A stretch of 57,333 nucleotides of DNA, from NCBI GenBank assembly GCA_045631445.1, contig JAZQUS010000039.1:1-57333 (forward strand). The letters are read 5' to 3'. Shown here one piece after another: positions 56,941 through 57,333 of this stretch. The DNA is from Eubacteriales bacterium. GTDB lineage: Bacteria > Bacillota > Clostridia > Oscillospirales > CAG-272. A program made the position numbers and the translations under genes. Below the pieces are notes generated by a model. That model was given only the letters and a program-made list of their open reading frames with translations. It made no database searches and had not been told where the DNA came from. The first letter of the stretch is position 1. Every line of letters begins with the position of its first letter.

Positions 56941-57004
56941 AGTTTTTCTCCTTTTGTTTAGTAGCTTAATTTTATCACTTTTTAATCGAGTAGTCAATAA
57001 GTTG

Positions 57005-57033
57005 TTGATATTTTTTTGATTTTGTGATATAAT
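57005..57033 (+). promoter_or_regulatory. Sigma-A-type promoter firing into element copy 2
   Basis: TTGATA-17 bp-TATAAT with extended TG. Confidence 0.7.
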
Positions 57034-57047
57034 TGGGAACAGTTGAA

Positions 57048-57333
57048 TGATAAATTGGGATTTAGCGAATAGTTAGTTGAGTAAAGATGGGTCGCTTTTG
57101 AAAAAGCTCCGCAAAACTTTTAATCGTGGGTATTGAATTAAGACCGCGCAAATTGTGTCACGCCTCGCGCAAAAAAACAATAGTTAATAGAAAATAAATG
57201 GCGAGGCAAACAAACCGTTTGATGTCTACACGACATCATTTTGCGAGCAAAAACACGGTTTGTCTATGTGCCGTTATAGAACTAATGATTTTTCTCGGTG
57301 TTAGCAGGCACCTCGAAAAATCCAATTTGCTAC
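57048..57333. repeat. Hairpin-dense non-coding element, copy 2 (truncated by window end)
   Basis: Shared blocks with 52849-53023; different internal hairpin module between shared blocks. Confidence 0.75.

Noticed and set aside
52890-57125. Identical 36-bp repeat as a CRISPR repeat
   Set aside because: Only two copies 4.2 kb apart, embedded in longer homologous blocks; no spacer periodicity and no cas genes in the window.

Overview
Low-GC Clostridia-type (Oscillospiraceae/Ruminococcaceae-like, probably spore-forming) chromosomal window; family assignments are from motif recognition by eye, not database searches. Housekeeping content: a minus-strand run ruvC - SAM methyltransferase - ecfA1A2T - truA - beta-propeller protein - cvpA - Clp ATPase (partial); DUF951-like - YfhO-like - ruvAB; glmM (fused to an XRE HTH) with a stand-alone GlmU-type acetyltransferase; glgB; a heterodimeric ABC exporter; a dcw cluster (mraZ rsmH ftsL-like spoVD/pbp murE murF mraY ftsW murG ftsQ ftsZ, without murD or ftsA); and sufC - sufB - PPi-pfk - NUDIX/radical-SAM fusion. 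Accessory content: CotH-kinase, pectate-lyase and triple-repeat lipoproteins, a NERD gene and a RAYT tyrosine transposase. No rRNA, tRNA or CRISPR array was recognised. The most unusual signals are: (1) two copies of a modular, hairpin-dense non-coding element (about 430 bp, imperfect inverted termini), each just downstream of a sigma-A-type promoter (52849-53282 and 57048-end); (2) a RAYT gene carrying an inverted pair of GTAG-REP hairpins in frame inside its own coding sequence; (3) an HTH-GlmM fusion with a palindromic candidate operator; (4) a ~136-nt three-way-junction leader behind a sigma-E-like promoter upstream of the spoVD-like PBP; (5) a LexA/CI-type repressor with five TTCC-N6-(G/A)GAA operators controlling a divergent small membrane protein.
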